Positions 15,626 through 30,563 of a DNA stretch of 64,000 bases are shown in pieces. Origin of the DNA: the human T2T-CHM13v2.0 reference genome, Homo sapiens; NCBI RefSeq assembly GCF_009914755.1, contig NC_060925.1, one strand, 5' to 3'. The notes under the pieces were generated by a model, which saw only the letters and a program-made list of their open reading frames with translations, searched no databases and had not been told where the DNA came from. How positions within the stretch are numbered: position 1 is the first letter of the stretch; the number at the start of each line of letters is the position of its first letter. A program made the position numbers and the translations under genes.

Positions 15626-16542
15626 CTGCAGTGGCAAGAATTTGAGTTCTGGTACCAGACAGACCTAGTTCCAGGTACAGTTCTGTGATGTGCTAAATGT
15701 CTGCCCTTTACTGAGTTTCCATTTCTGCTTCATTCATGTGGGGATGGTGTTATCTATCTTACTGGTATGCTGAGAATAAGGGTTAAATGAAATGAAGTTG
15801 TGAAATCATCAGGCAGAGTGTCTGACAGACAGCAGAAACTCAATAATTGTGAACTCCTGTCCCACTTCTCCACTTCTCCACTTCACCATAGAAGGAAACT
15901 GAAAAACCTCTGTGAATGCCCTGGAGCCCAGCCAGCCTAGGAGTGCTCTCCATATCAGGTGTGCTCGGGCACAAGGAATGAGGAAGAGGAAGAGGCAGCG
16001 TTGAGGAGAGTACTGGTGGGGATCCATTGATTCTGGGGGAATGAAATAAAATCCCCAGAAAAATATGCATGCCTCTTGTATCTCAAGTATTGGCAGGACA
16101 ATTAGAACAAGGGGATGCTGGTGGGCTCCCAGTAACACTGACGCTGTAAAAAGCCAAGCTTCTGCCTGAACTTCTGTCCCTTGACTGGCGGGCAGACTGG
16201 ACAGCTCCTGCCCTGTCCGGTGTGCTTTCCCACTATAGCCCCAGAGCCTCAGGGAGGGTTGAGGATGCTGGGGAGGTTGTGGTATATACATGTTGAACCA
16301 ATGAGTGAGTGAGTAAATGCATGGTGCCTGACCACGGTGCCCCGCATGTTTTTACTTAGGAAAAGCAAACAAATGACCTGGACAAATATTTCAGAATGGA
16401 TTCCCCCACACCTCCACAGGAGAAAAAAAAGGCCAGGGGCAGGAGTGGTATATGCGGACAGACTGATTTTGATTGATACTTCCAGCCACCTGGGGCATTA
16501 GACGCACCTGATAAAACTCTTCATCCCAGAAGAAGTTGATTA

Positions 16543-16990
16543 CTAAGTGAAAGAAGCTGATGTGAAAAAGGCTATATACAGCATGATTCCAATGATAGGA
16601 CATTTTGAAAAAGGCAAAACTGTGGACACTGTAAAAAGATCAGTGGTTGCCAGAAGTTGAGGGGAGGGAAGGATGGGCAGGCAGAGCACAGAGGATGGTT
16701 AGGGCAACGCAACTACTCTATGTGATACTGTGGAGGTGGTTACATGTCAATAAACATTGTCCAAAACCATAGGATGCACAACACCCCGAATGAGCTCTGG
16801 TGTAAACCATGGCCTCTGAGTGGTGTGTGGATGCCGCTCCATCAGCTGTAATTAATGTACCCCTCTGGTGGGGGATGTTGATAATGGGCAAGGCTGTGCA
16901 TGTGTGAAGGGGGGAGTCTGTGGGAAATCTCTGTGCCTTCTCTCAATTTTACTGTGAAACTAAAACTTCTCTTAAAAAACATTTTTTTAA
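16543..16990 (+). mobile_element. L1MC-type 3' end
   Basis: aaaaggcaaaactgtggacactgtaaaaagatcagtggttgccag ... ctctggtgggggatgttgataatggg ... caattttactgtgaaactaaaac. Confidence 0.85.
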
Positions 16991-17099
16991 AAAAGGAGTT
17001 TGAAGGGCCTGAAACTCCAGGGTATTCTGAGCTCTGCTGAGTCTGCTGCTGGCTGGAAGGCAAGAAGAGAGGAAGCTGCTGTGCTTCCCAAGTACCTTC

Positions 17100-17427
17100 T
17101 TTTCTTTTTTGTTTCTGTTTGTTTGTTTTTTGTTTGTTTGTTTTGAAACAGGGTCTTGCTCTGTCACCCAGGCTGGAGTGCAGTGTTGCAATCATGGCTC
17201 ACTGCAGCCTTGATCCCCTGGGCTCAAGCAATCCTTCTGCCTCAGCCTCCTGAGTAGCTGGGACCACAGGCGTGCACCACCACAGCCAGCTAATTTTTTC
17301 AATTTTTTGTAGAGATGGGTCTCAACACATTGCCCAGGCTGGTCTTGAACTCCTGGGGCTCAAGTGATCCTTCTGTCTCAGCCTCCCAAAGTGCTAGGAT
17401 TATAGGCACAAGCCCCTGTACCCAGCC
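17100..17427 (-). mobile_element. AluJ
   Basis: gggctcaagcaatcc and cactgcagccttg J-type diagnostics. Confidence 0.92.
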
Positions 17428-18866
17428 ATATCTTCTCCTCTTTGCAGGGAGCAACATGAAGCAAACAAAATGTGACCTACGTCCACTCTTCTGGAAAACA
17501 GGGGGCTGCTTCAGGAGGACGTTTGAAACAAGTAAGGGCTCCAGAAACAAGGGCGTGCCTCTCAAGGAACTGTACTGCCCGGCATTGGCTAGTGAAAAAA
17601 ATTAGAAGCAGAGGCTATCCATCAAACCAGAAAAAACAGAGACACAGAAAAGAAACCGAGAAGGTGGAAACAGAAGCAATGACTACAGAGAAATAGACTC
17701 CACACCACAGAAAGTGACAGGAAAAGTCGAAGGAGAGAACAGCAAAGCCAGAGAGTAGAGACTGAGCAAGGGAGTGGAAGCAAGACACCAAGACAGAGCC
17801 AGGAAGAGTGAGACATAACAAGCCTCAGCCTCCAAACACAGAAATTTAACTATTACCTGTGTTAGCCACCTGTATGGCTCCCAGGTTCTTCCTGTTCCTC
17901 AAAATATAATAGATCCCAATGTTCAATGAAACTAAAGTTCAGAACCTACTGCAAAATTGCTTGGTTCCTTGACCTCTTTCTTCAAATGCTTTGCTTCTGC
18001 AAACAAAACAGCAAAAATGCCCCCTCTCTTTTCTTTTAAAGCTAGATAATTTCCAAGGAGATTTTGGAAAGCAGAATCCAAAGGCGTGATCCTGGACGGT
18101 GACCAAGATGGACAACAGGGCTTCAAGGCATGTTGTTATAGAGATGAGATACTCTATGACATAAAAAAGAATTCAGCTCTGATGCCATGTGTGCAGGTCA
18201 GCCTGGAAATTGGGTCAGGAGCCAACATCAAAGGTTAATATCGCAGGGCCTGGAGGTGAGAGATTCTCCATGGATTCTTCTTGTGAATTGGAGGGGCCAA
18301 GTGTCTTTCATCTTCTAGGCTCCACATAGGAGGGGCCAGCTCCCCCAGGGAGGCCATCAAGTCCAGGCCCAGATGTCTCATCCCTGCAGCTGACAGACTC
18401 TAAACAAGCTATTGGGCCAGAGAGCCCTCAGAATGGGGCCAAGTGAGCTGCGTTACTGAGGCAGTCAGCCCTAGGTGGTGAGAGAGGCCCAGGCCATTCC
18501 CTCCAGCTGAAAGTAGCTTCTCTTTTCAGCCCAGTGTGCTCTTCAAGTTGTCATTTCCTGGTACTTTAACATGAAAAGGTAGGGCAACATTGCTGAATAA
18601 AATGTCTGGCTCTCTTTAAAAGTCGGTATTCTCTATGTGGTCAGAAACCTAAGGTCCTAACTGAGAGGCCTGATTGCAAAAGGGTCCTTTACATGGGACT
18701 TCATACACCACCAGATCCTTCTCCCTTCTCCTTTCCATGACCCCGTGGAGAGAGAATAAGCAGAAATATAACAGGGTCTGACTGTCATGGGGCAGCACTA
18801 GGCCTGACAGGGCAGTTGACTCCTTCTGTAATAGCCACTGGGGGAAAAGCCTCAGAATATCCGTGA

Positions 18867-19337
<471 letters not shown>

Positions 19338-22300
19338 TAAATACATTTTGTATATTATTTCATGTAACTCTTATGCAATAACTCAGGTGTTGGATACAAT
19401 AACTCAGGTGTTGTTGTCCTCAAATTTTAGGTAAGGAATCTGAAGTTCAGAGAATGTAAGTAACTGCTCCAAGGTCATCCATGTAGGGTTGAGGGTCTGA
19501 ACCAATTCCCTCTCTCCCTAAGTCTACACTCAACCAGTATACCGTGGCACCATTTATTTTGACAAGAAGAATTACCAACAGATAAAAAGCAAAAAAGTGA
19601 TGTTTCCTCCAAAGGGAAGATAGACTTCAGGAATCTGCTTGCACCCCCCTGGCTCTGGGCACCTCACCTGTGCAATTCCAGACCAGGCCATCTGTCCTCA
19701 AGAGGCCGCTGGCCTCAGAGCCTTCTACCCCGTCAAGAAGAGCCTTTCTCTCCCCACTTATGGGGGATCATCTGCTTAAACTAGGCCGGAGTCATAATCA
19801 TTCATTCCAGAAGGGGCTGTGATTCACATCTGAGCTTCAGAAAATGGTTTAGTTTGATTTAAAGGGGAGATGAAAGCAAAATAAATGCTCAGATGCTGAC
19901 AAATTTCTCCAGATCTTAATTTACATTCATTTTCCTTTCAGAGCATTTGATTTGTTTTTATTTTCAAACTGTGTTGTACCACATGCAAGGAAAATAGATT
20001 TACTTAAGCTGTATCCTGTGATTTCATTGTTTATTAATATCAATACCAAGTAGATGAGGAGTGCTAAGAGAGGAACATCAGATGGCTTTCCATCTTCTCT
20101 CTAGGAAGCCATAATGAGAACCATCAAGCTTAGGAGTTTCAGAGGCTTAGGCAGTCTTCAGGGCTGACAGCCACACTGAGTGTCACTTCCCCAGATGCTC
20201 CCTTGTAGTCAGACTGACCTTGGAACAATGCAACTGGAAGACTTTAGTCCCCTCCCTAGGAATAGGATGTGTGTTGATATTCCTAGTGTGTGTCTAAACA
20301 TGGTCTGCATTTAGCTTGAGTGTTGACATTCATCGATCCCTAAATGTTTCAAAAGAGGGAAGCATTCCAGCCTAGCTTTTCAGGGAAGCAGAGAATCAGG
20401 TTTTTCAGGACTGGGGGCAGGAAGGCCTCTTAGGACAATCACCACAGCTTCCTAACTCATGCCCCTACCCCCATCGGCTTTGTCTCTCCTTTGTCCTCCA
20501 CAGACCTGCCATCATAATATGATCTTACCACCTCCCTATTCAGAATTCTTCACCATTAGCTACTAAAATAAATAAATAAACAAATAATAACAACCCATGG
20601 CCAGTGCTTCCCTTTATTTATCCAATCATTTGACAAATATTTATGGAGCACCTGCTCTGTGCCAGCCATAGTTTGGCTCTGGCCAGCCTCTTCAGCCACA
20701 TCTTCTACTCCACTGTCCCCCAACTCCACACCCTACTCCCCACTTACTCTTCAGCACTTTCTATTTCCTGAGCCTGACTTGCGCTTTCCCTCCCCTATGC
20801 CTTTGCCCAGGCTGTTTCCTGTGGCAATTCCTCTCTTCCACACACATGTATCCAAGTTCTACACAGCTTCAAAGACAACTCAAGTCTCAACTCACTTTCT
20901 CTAAGAAAACTTCTTGGATTTCCCCAAGTCAGCATTAATTCTCTGACCACCTGCAGCCTCCCCTATCTCCTGGAAGAAGTAGCTGCTCCCCTCTCAATTC
21001 CTTGACCACCATGCTCTTTCCAATCCCTCCATTAGTTTCTTATACCTTGGTGGCATTACTTCTTGACTACTATCCATTGAACGAAGAGTCCATGTTTATT
21101 CTCCTCCCTCCAACTAAGTCCAGAACAAAGCCTCTCAGAGTACTTATGAGTCAATGGGTACATGAACACTTTCTCCTCTGTTCTCTTGGCACTGTGTGTT
21201 CATAATTAGGTTATTGATCACACTCTGGTATTAGAACAACCTGTGCTGTGTAGATAATTATAAACCACTTAAGGGCAAAACTCTTGTCTTGAGTATCTTT
21301 TTCATCTCCCACCACATCTGAAAAGAAACACCTCACTCAAAGTGGTCACTCACTAAATGCTATTAAGATGAAAGGTAAAAAAATTAAATTCCCATCCTTC
21401 CAGGTAGGCCTAGGAAGTACTGGGGAACACCTAAGGAGTGCTGAAGAGGTCATGATATCTTGACATCCAGTTCTGTTCAGCTAACATTTATGAGGACAAC
21501 CTATGTGTTTTATTAATATTAATGTACTGATATAATAAATTAATGGTATTAATAATTAATATGCATTATTAATCTCATTAGTTGAGAACCTATTAAGTGG
21601 GTCACATTTGAGGGTAAAATTGGAGAAACAGAGGTGAATATGACATGATTCTCCTTTCCAGGAGGTTACAACAAAAATATAGAAGATAGAGCTATGTGAA
21701 AAAACAGCCAGGCTCTACAGCAATGGCTCATGAGTGATGGCTGAGTGCTTGTGCTGGTCTATAAGTAAGCATCCATTGATCTATGATGAGGAGTGGAAAA
21801 AATTGACTTCACTTTATTGAAGGCTAAATTTATTCCAAGTAAAGGACTGTTCACTATTCCAAGAGTATATCCTTTGTACTTTGGTGGGTGGGTGTTTCCT
21901 TTCATATTGCCATGATGCGATGACAGGTGAGTGATTTTTGGTTTGGAAACTAAAAAGTTGAGAATCTAACATTGACCCTCCCAATTATTTTTTATTTTAA
22001 TTTTGCTGTCCCATAAAATTCAAACCTGGAATTCACCATTTCCCTATATAGAACTTTAGGATCTTGAAGATGCATTTGACTGTGTGGTAGGTAGAATGAA
22101 GACAAGCCTGTTTTCCATTAAATATCATGGCCCTATCTACAGGGGCTCCAGCAACCCCTTCATGCAGAGGTAGAGTGCCCATCTCCTTGGGCCTGAGAAC
22201 TGTTTGAGAGCTTTAGCTTTCTTGAGAGGAGTTCAACTCTGCTCAGTTAACTATCAAAAATAAGGTTCTCCTTGTGGATTTTTTCTTCAGGAACCCCACC

Positions 22301-23457
22301 AAGGGCTTCCAGGGAAGATCAAGGAGAAAGCTCCCCTCTTGGTTCTGGGTGGGAAGGAGAACAGCAACTGCTGGAATTTCAACTCCCCTCTCTTCCTCAA
22401 GGAAGGAAATATTCAGCAGGAAGTGCGACACAGCTGTAGTCCGAAGGCACTGGTGGAAATTCACGAAAGCTGGGATAAGGGAATAGGGAGGAAAAGGAAC
22501 TCTCTACCTGTGGTAAAGAGGCAGGAATTCTTGTTGGGTGCAACATTATATCTGGAGAAGGGGTAAGAACACCTGAGAGAGCCACAACCCTGAGTTCCAG
22601 ATTGACAGTGACTGCCTACAACTGAGGCTTAATCAGAACATCAGAGAAGGGACCCTCCCCATACCCACCACCTCCATGCTGTCAAGCATCAAGTAAAAAC
22701 ATCACTGGAATACAACTGGGAGGGTGGCAAAAGGCAGTTCTGTCCTGGGAGCAGTGCAAAAGGAGACTCAAATCCAAGCAGAAACATTAGAAGTCACGCA
22801 GAGTACAGACATTGACAAAAATTCTGTTTTAAATTAGTCTATGCCATAAATACAAGTTACCGTTAAAGGAATTGGAAGACTTTGGTGCACTAAGGGTAAC
22901 AGCAACATAGACTTCAAACCCAGTCCAACCTCTGACTAAATTAACATAAACTCTCTACACTAAAGATCTACCAAAAGGAAAAATGGATTCACTTCAAGAA
23001 TGAAAAATATTCTCCTCATTATCTACTGTCCTATACAACATGTTCAGTTTTCAACAATAACAACAAAAAGTACAAGGCAACAAAAAGGCAAAGAAAAACG
23101 AAGTCTGAAGAGAATCACTAAAACCAGATTCATAAATGACATGGGTGTTGGAGCTATCAGATTAGGAATTCAAAATAATTATGATTTATATGTTAAAAAC
23201 TCTAATGAAAAAAGCAAACAAGGATCAGATAGGTAATTTTTTCAGGTAGTTGAAAACTATAAGAAAGAATCAAATGAAAATACTAGAAATCAAAAACACA
23301 GAAACAGAGATAAAAATGTTAACAGTGGGTTCTTCAGTAGACTTAACATAGCTGATGGAAGAATCAGTAAATCATTAAACTTGAAGATAGGTCAATAGAA
23401 ATTACCAAAATTGAAACACAATTTATAACATAAGTCAATTTTAAAAAAATAAAAATA

Positions 23458-23915
<458 letters not shown>

Positions 23916-24109
23916 TATTATAAAATAAATAAAAATGGAATCATGAAAAGTTTCAGTTAAACCTAGAGAAGACAGAAAAAGAAAATGGAAGCAAAGAAAA
24001 ACTAGAACAAATAGAAATCATTGAGGAAGGTAGCAAGTTTTAATCCAATCATATCAATAATCATTTAAAATGTGAATGGTCTAAACACACCAGTTTAAAA
24101 GTAGATATT

Positions 24110-24470
24110 GGCCAGGCGAGGTGGCCCATGCTTGTAATCCCAGCACTTTGGGAGGCCATGGCAGGCAGATTGCTTAAGGCCAGAAGTTCAAGACCAGCCT
24201 GGCCAACATAGTGAAACTCCATCTCTACTAAATATACAAAAATTAGGCAAGCATGGTGGCACATGCCTATAATCCCAGCTTCTTGGGAGGCTGAGGCAGG
24301 AGAATCACTTGAACCTGGGAGGAGGTTGCAGTGAGTGATCTCAATCACACCACTGCACTCCAGCCTGGGTGACAGAGTGAGACTCTGTCTCAAAAAATAT
24401 CTATATCTATATCTATATCTATATCTATATCTATATCTATATCTATAATCTATATCTCTCTCTATATATA
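24110..24470 (+). mobile_element. AluS whose tail has become a (TATATC)n microsatellite
   Basis: Alu body 24110-24397, hexamer repeat ~24397-24455; TSD ag[t/c]agatattg encloses both. Confidence 0.92.
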
Positions 24471-24498
24471 GCAGATATTGTCCGATTAGATTTTTTAA

Positions 24499-24829
<331 letters not shown>

Positions 24830-26761
24830 TGAACCCCACTTTTAATATAAAGATATAGATAGGTTAAAAGTAAAAGGTTGGAGAAAGATATACATGCAAA
24901 TTCTAACTAAAAGAAAGCTGGAATAGTTATATTAATTTCAGGCAAAGTAGACTTCAGAACAAGGAATATTATCAAGAATAAAAAGAGACATATAAAAACA
25001 AAGTATTCAAGTCACCAAGAAGACATAACAATCCTAAATGTGTATGCACCTAACAACAGAGCTTCAAAAACAAAGATCTATCCATAATTGGTAACAGTCA
25101 TCACACTCCAGGATTTGGTCATAGACTCTATAGCCTTCAACTCTCTCAAATAGCAACAAAAGATACATTCATGATATAGTCATATTAAGTCAAGGGATTG
25201 CTTGAAAGATAAACAGAGAACCCATTTCTATAGTTAGTTTAAACTTTTCTTTCTAATCCAATGAAATTATTAGGAAGCTGTGCACTTGAATCATCATACT
25301 TTAGTCCTTCATGGAACTGTTTTCTTAATTGTACTTCGATGTTCTGCCAGCAACTTTAACTGAGAGATATTATGAGAAACAACCTATACAATTCCCTATT
25401 GGGTTTACCATAGGGTTATTGTTGAGAAAGCTATCCCTTACATCACAGCGTTCTCTTCATAAGGGCTCATGAGAGAGATTTTGTTCAGGTTTCAGAACTA
25501 GGAAAGTCTCTATTTTCTCTGGTCATAATTCTCTATTTTCTTTGGCAGCTGGGAAGCTCAAGAAAAACATCTTTAGTCCATGGAAACTTATGGCATGCAT
25601 TTTTTAATGCTAACCTTACCCCTGAATTTATTTTACTTTCCTACCCTTATTTTCCTTTATCTCAATTTTCTCATCTGTTTATTTTTTCTTTTGCTATGGT
25701 TTTGCTGTAGTTTTTCTTTTAAAACCAATTTTATTGAGGCATGATTTGCATGCAATAAAATGAATCCATCTTAAGTGTATAGTTCAATACATTTTGACAA
25801 ATATTACCATATAATTTTTGTTATCCATATAAAGGCAATTTTGAAATAAGTAAACATAAATATCATGAGACAGTCTGTGCTAAGCATTATCATAGAGACA
25901 CAAACAAATGACTATGGGAATATGAGAGAGGGTGAAAAATTCTGACTGGACAGATAATGGGATCAGAAGGGGTGCAGCTGTTGGAAAATAGTTCTCATTT
26001 TAAAAAGTAATATCTCTCCTTCAATTTAAAAAATGGAAATTCGACAGATCAATGTGGCAGGAAAGGTAAGTTAGAAAAGGAAATAGCTTGAATAAAAGCA
26101 TGAAGCAAGAGAGGTAGGCACTGTTTCAGTTCGGTTGGAGTAGAATGTGAGAGGAAAAGAAATACGGAGAAATGAGCTGCTTGTCACCTTGTAGGAGGTT
26201 CTCAAAGCCAAACAATGTCTTCCCACATTGTTGTGCAGGTAATTGGGAGCCAGAGGAGGTTTTCAGTAGAGGAGAGACATAATGAGACTTGTGTTTTAGA
26301 AAGGTCGATCTAGAGGCAGTGTGAGGAGTGGATGAGGGCCTGGAGGTAGAGGGGCCAGTGGAAAGTCTTCTTCAGTGGTCCAGGGATGATATAATGAGGA
26401 GCTGGATCAACCATTGTGAGAATGAGGGAGAGATGGGATGAGCTGCACTGTGGCAGAAAATCTCTAGGAAGGGTCAAAGGATGGTTGTGAGGGTGTGTGG
26501 GAGAGAGACTGATTACATATATGACCAGGAGGATGGGCATCCCCATGACTCCTGTTCTGGACAGAAGATTGGCAACCTTTTGGGTCCTCCCTCTCTCAAC
26601 CTCTGCAAGCAGAGAAAGTTCAGGTTACCAATCAAAAACCAACCTCTATTTGGGCTGGTCATGGAAGTCACTCCCTTTCCAGTCAGTCCCTGTAACCAGA
26701 GCCAATAGCACATACAATAATAATGGGTACTATTTTACCTCAATAAAAAATAAATGAATAA

Positions 26762-27072
26762 GGCCAGGCACAGTGGCTCATGCCTGTAATCCCAGCACTT
26801 TGGGAGGCTGAGGCAGATGGATAACTTGAGGTCAGGAGTTCAAGACCAGCCTGGCCAACAAAGTGAAATCCTATCTCTACTGAAGATACAAAAAATTAGC
26901 TGGGTGTGGTGGTGTGCACCTGTAATCCCAGTTACTTGGGAAGCTTAGGCAGGAGAATCGTTTGAGCCCAGGAAGAAGAGGTTCCAGTGAGCCGAGATCA
27001 TGCTAGTGCACTCCAGCCTGGCCAAAAAAGTAAGACTCCTTCTAAAAAGAAAATAAATAAAATAAAAAATAA
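26762..27072 (+). mobile_element. AluS
   Basis: Full dimeric Alu with A-rich tail. Confidence 0.93.
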
Positions 27073-27345
27073 ATGAGTAAAATGATAACTAATACCTAAA
27101 ATAACAGTTACTCTGTGAGGCACTATTCTAAGCACTTTACTTATTTTAACTCATTATTCCTCACAGAATTACTATGAGTTACGAATTATTATATACTCAT
27201 TTAACAGATGAGAAAATCAAAGCAGAGAGAATAACAATCTTGTTCTAGATCACATAGCTGGTAAAGAACAGAAACAGATCCAAACCAGGCATCTGATTCC
27301 AGAGTCCACACTCTGTTGCATTATGCTCTGATACAGATTACTCTG

Positions 27346-30020
27346 TGCATTAGTCCATTCTCACATTGTTATAAAGAACTACCTGCGACTGAGTAGTTTA
27401 TAAAGAAAAGCAGTTTTATTGGCTCACAGTTTCATATGCTGCACAGCAAGCCTGACTGAGGAAGCCTCAGGAAACTTACAATAATGGTGGAAGGTGAGAG
27501 GAAAGCAGGCTCATCTTACATGGCTGGAGCAGGAGAAGGAGAGCAAAGCAGGAGGTGCTACATAATTTTAAGCAACCAGATCTCAAGAGAACTCACTATC
27601 ATGAGAACAGCAAGGGGGAGATCTGCCCCCATGATCCAATCACCTCCCACCAGGCCCTTCCTCCAACACTGGGGGTTACAACTCAACATGAGATTTGGGC
27701 AGGGACACAAATCCAAACCATATCTTTTCCACCCCTGTCCCCTCCCAAATCTCAAGTCCTTCTCACATTGCAAAATATAATCATCACTTTTCTACAATCC
27801 CCCCAGTCTTAACTCATTTCAGCATTAACTCAAAAGTCCACATTCCAAAGTCTCATCTGAGACAAGGCAAGTCCCTTCCACCTATGAGCCTGTAAATAAA
27901 AAACAAGTTAGTTATAGTTAGTTACTTCCAAGATACAATGAGGGTATAGGCATTGGGTAAATACATCCATTCCAAAAAGGAGAAATCATCCAAAACAAAG
28001 ATTCTATAGGCCCCATGCAAGTCTGAAACCCAGTAGGGCAGTCATTAAATATTAAATCTCTAAATTAATTTCCTTTGACTCCATGTCTCATATCCAGCCC
28101 ACCCATCAGTAAGGGGCAGGCTTCCAAGGCCTTGGGCATCTCTGCCCCTTTAGCTCTGCAGGGTACAGCCTCCTCAGCTGCTTTCATAGGCTGGTGTTGA
28201 GTGCCTGCAGCTTTTCCAAGTGCACGGAGCCTGGAGGATGGTGGCTGTCTTCTCACAGCACCACTAGGCAATGCCCAAGTAGCGACTCTGTGTGGGGGCT
28301 CCAATCCCACATTTTCCCCTCCACATTGCCCTAGTAGAGGTTCTCCATGAGGGCTCCACACCTGCAGCAGACTTCTGCCTGCACATCCTTGCATGTCTGT
28401 ATATCCTCTGAAATCTAGGCAGAGGCTCCCAAGCCTCAACTCTTGTCCTCTATGCACCTGTGGGCTTAACACCACGTGGAGCTGCCAAGGCTTATGGCTT
28501 GTACTCTCTGGAGCAGCAGCCTGAGACATATCTGGGGCCATTTTAGCCACGGCTGGAGCTAGAGTGGCTGGGACACAGGGAGCAGTGTCCTGAGGCTGTG
28601 CAGGGCAGCAGAGGCCTGGGCCCAGCCCACGAAACCATTCTTCCCTCCTAGGCCACCAGGTTTGTAATGCGAGAGGCTTCCACCAAGGTCTCTGGAATGC
28701 CTTCAAGAAATTTTCCCATTATCTTGGCTAATAACACTAGACTCCTCATTACTTGTGCAAATTTCTGCAGCTGGCTCAAATTCCTCCCCCCAAAATGGGT
28801 TTTTCTTTTCTACCACATGGTCAGGTTACAAATTTTCTAAACTTTTATGCTTTGCTTCCCTTTTAAACATAAATTCCAGTTTCAGATAACCTCTTTGCTT
28901 ATGCCTATCACCATACGCTGTTAGATGCAGCCAGGCTACATCTTGAATGTTTTACTGCTTAAAAATTTCTTCCACCAGATACCCTAAATCATCACTCTCA
29001 AGTTCAAAGTTCCACAAATCCCTAGGGCAGGGGCACAATGCCTCCAATCTCTTTGCTAATGTGTAACAGAAGTTACCTTTGCTCCAGTTCCCAATAAGTT
29101 CCTCATCTCCATCTGAGATCTCCTCAGCCTGGACTTCACTGACTGTATCACTATCAGTATTTTGGTCACAACAATTTAACAAGTCTCTAGGAAGTTCCAA
29201 TCTCTCCCTCATCTTCCTGCCTTCTTCTGAGCCCTCCAGACTCTTTCAGACTTTGCCTGTTGCCCAGTTCCAAAGTTGCTTCCACATTTTCAGTTATCTT
29301 TATAGCAATGTCCCACTTCTTGGCACAAATTTTCTGTATTAGTCCATTTTCACATTGTTATAAAGAGCTACCTGAGACTGGGTAGTTTATAAAGACAAGA
29401 GGTTTTATTGGCTCATGGTTCCACAGGCTGTATAGGAAGCATGACCAAAGAGAAACTTGCAATCATGGTGGAAGGTGAAGGGGAAGCAAGGCACCTCTTA
29501 TGTGGCCGGAGCAGAAGGAAGATAGTGAACAAGGAGGCGCTACACACTTTTATGTTTTATTTTTTTGAGACAAAGTCTCACTCTGTCACCCAGGATGGAG
29601 AGCAGTGGCACGATCTCAGCTCACTGCAACCTCTGCCTCCAGATTCAAGTGATTCTCCTGCCTCAGCCTTCCGAGTAGCTGGGATTACAGGCATGCATCA
29701 CCATGCCCAGCTAATTTTTGTATTTTTAGTAGAGACAGGGTTTCACCATGTTGGCCATGCTCGTCTCAAACTCCTGACCTCAAGTGATCTGCTTGCCTTG
29801 GCCTCCCAAACTGCTGGGATTACAGGCATGAGCCACTGAGCCCAGCTGATACACACTTTTAAACAACCAAATCTTGTGAGAACTCACTCGCAATCACAAG
29901 AACGGCAAGGGGAGAGTCTGCCCCCATGATCCAGTCACCTTCTACTAGGCCCCTTCTCCAACATTGGGGATGACAATTCAACATGAGATTTGGGTGGGGA
30001 CACAGATCCAAACCATATTA
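27346..30020 (-). mobile_element. Full-length ERVL-MaLR element (MSTA/THE1D type): LTR 27346-27725, internal 27726-29334, LTR 29335-30020
   Basis: Two direct LTRs (tg[c/t]attagtccatt ... atccaaaccatat) around a typical ~1.6-kb MaLR internal region. 5-bp TSD CTCTG at 27341-27345 and 30021-30025. Confidence 0.93.
29553..29848 (-). mobile_element. AluS inserted in the MaLR 5' LTR
   Basis: Full Alu; TSD tacacactttta. Confidence 0.93.
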
Positions 30021-30256
30021 CTCTGGGCCTGTAATAATTTCCCAGTTCACATCTTTACTCAAAGACGTCTCTCATTGCCTTGAGGTTAGAGGTGTTAATA
30101 TTCCCAGCACAGAGTAACACAAATGTGAGAGAAAGCATTGAAGATTAATGTCTGTGGTATATTGGGTGCCCTAGCAGTCACTAGTATAACTGAGTAGAGT
30201 GCTGGGCAGGATATTGTATATATACTATGACCAAGACCATTACCAAATATGGAATA

Positions 30257-30563
30257 GGATTGGGTGTGGTGGCTCACATCTGTAGTCCCAGTGTTTTGGG
30301 AGTCCAGGGGTGGGGTGGGAGTTGCTTGAGGTCAATAGTTTGAGACTGGCCTAAGCAACTTAGTGAGACCCTGTCTCTACAAAAAATAAAAATAAAAAAT
30401 AAAAAAAATTAAAAATTAAAAAAAAATTAACTGACACAACTTGGGAGGCTCAGGCAGGATGATCACTTGAGCCCAGGTGTTTCAGGTTGCAGTGAGCTAT
30501 GATTGAGCCACTGTACTCCAATCTGGGTAACAGAGTGAGACTCTGTCTCTAAAAAAAACAACA
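30257..30563 (+). mobile_element. AluJ (diverged, internal deletion)
   Basis: Alu arms; TSD aaatatggaatag. Confidence 0.88.

Noticed and set aside
19376-19413. 17-bp direct repeat caataactcaggtgttg with a 4-bp spacer
   Set aside because: A small local duplication inside a MIR; two copies only, not an array.
22500-22524. Minus-strand cctgcctctttaccacAG|GTagag as a recursive splice site
   Set aside because: The regenerated donor is weak (GTAGAG), the pyrimidine tract is short, and it sits in old L1 sequence. My scan for such sites was by eye and not exhaustive.
28065-28706. 213-aa ORF
   Set aside because: It lies wholly in the MaLR internal region, with no splice or domain support.
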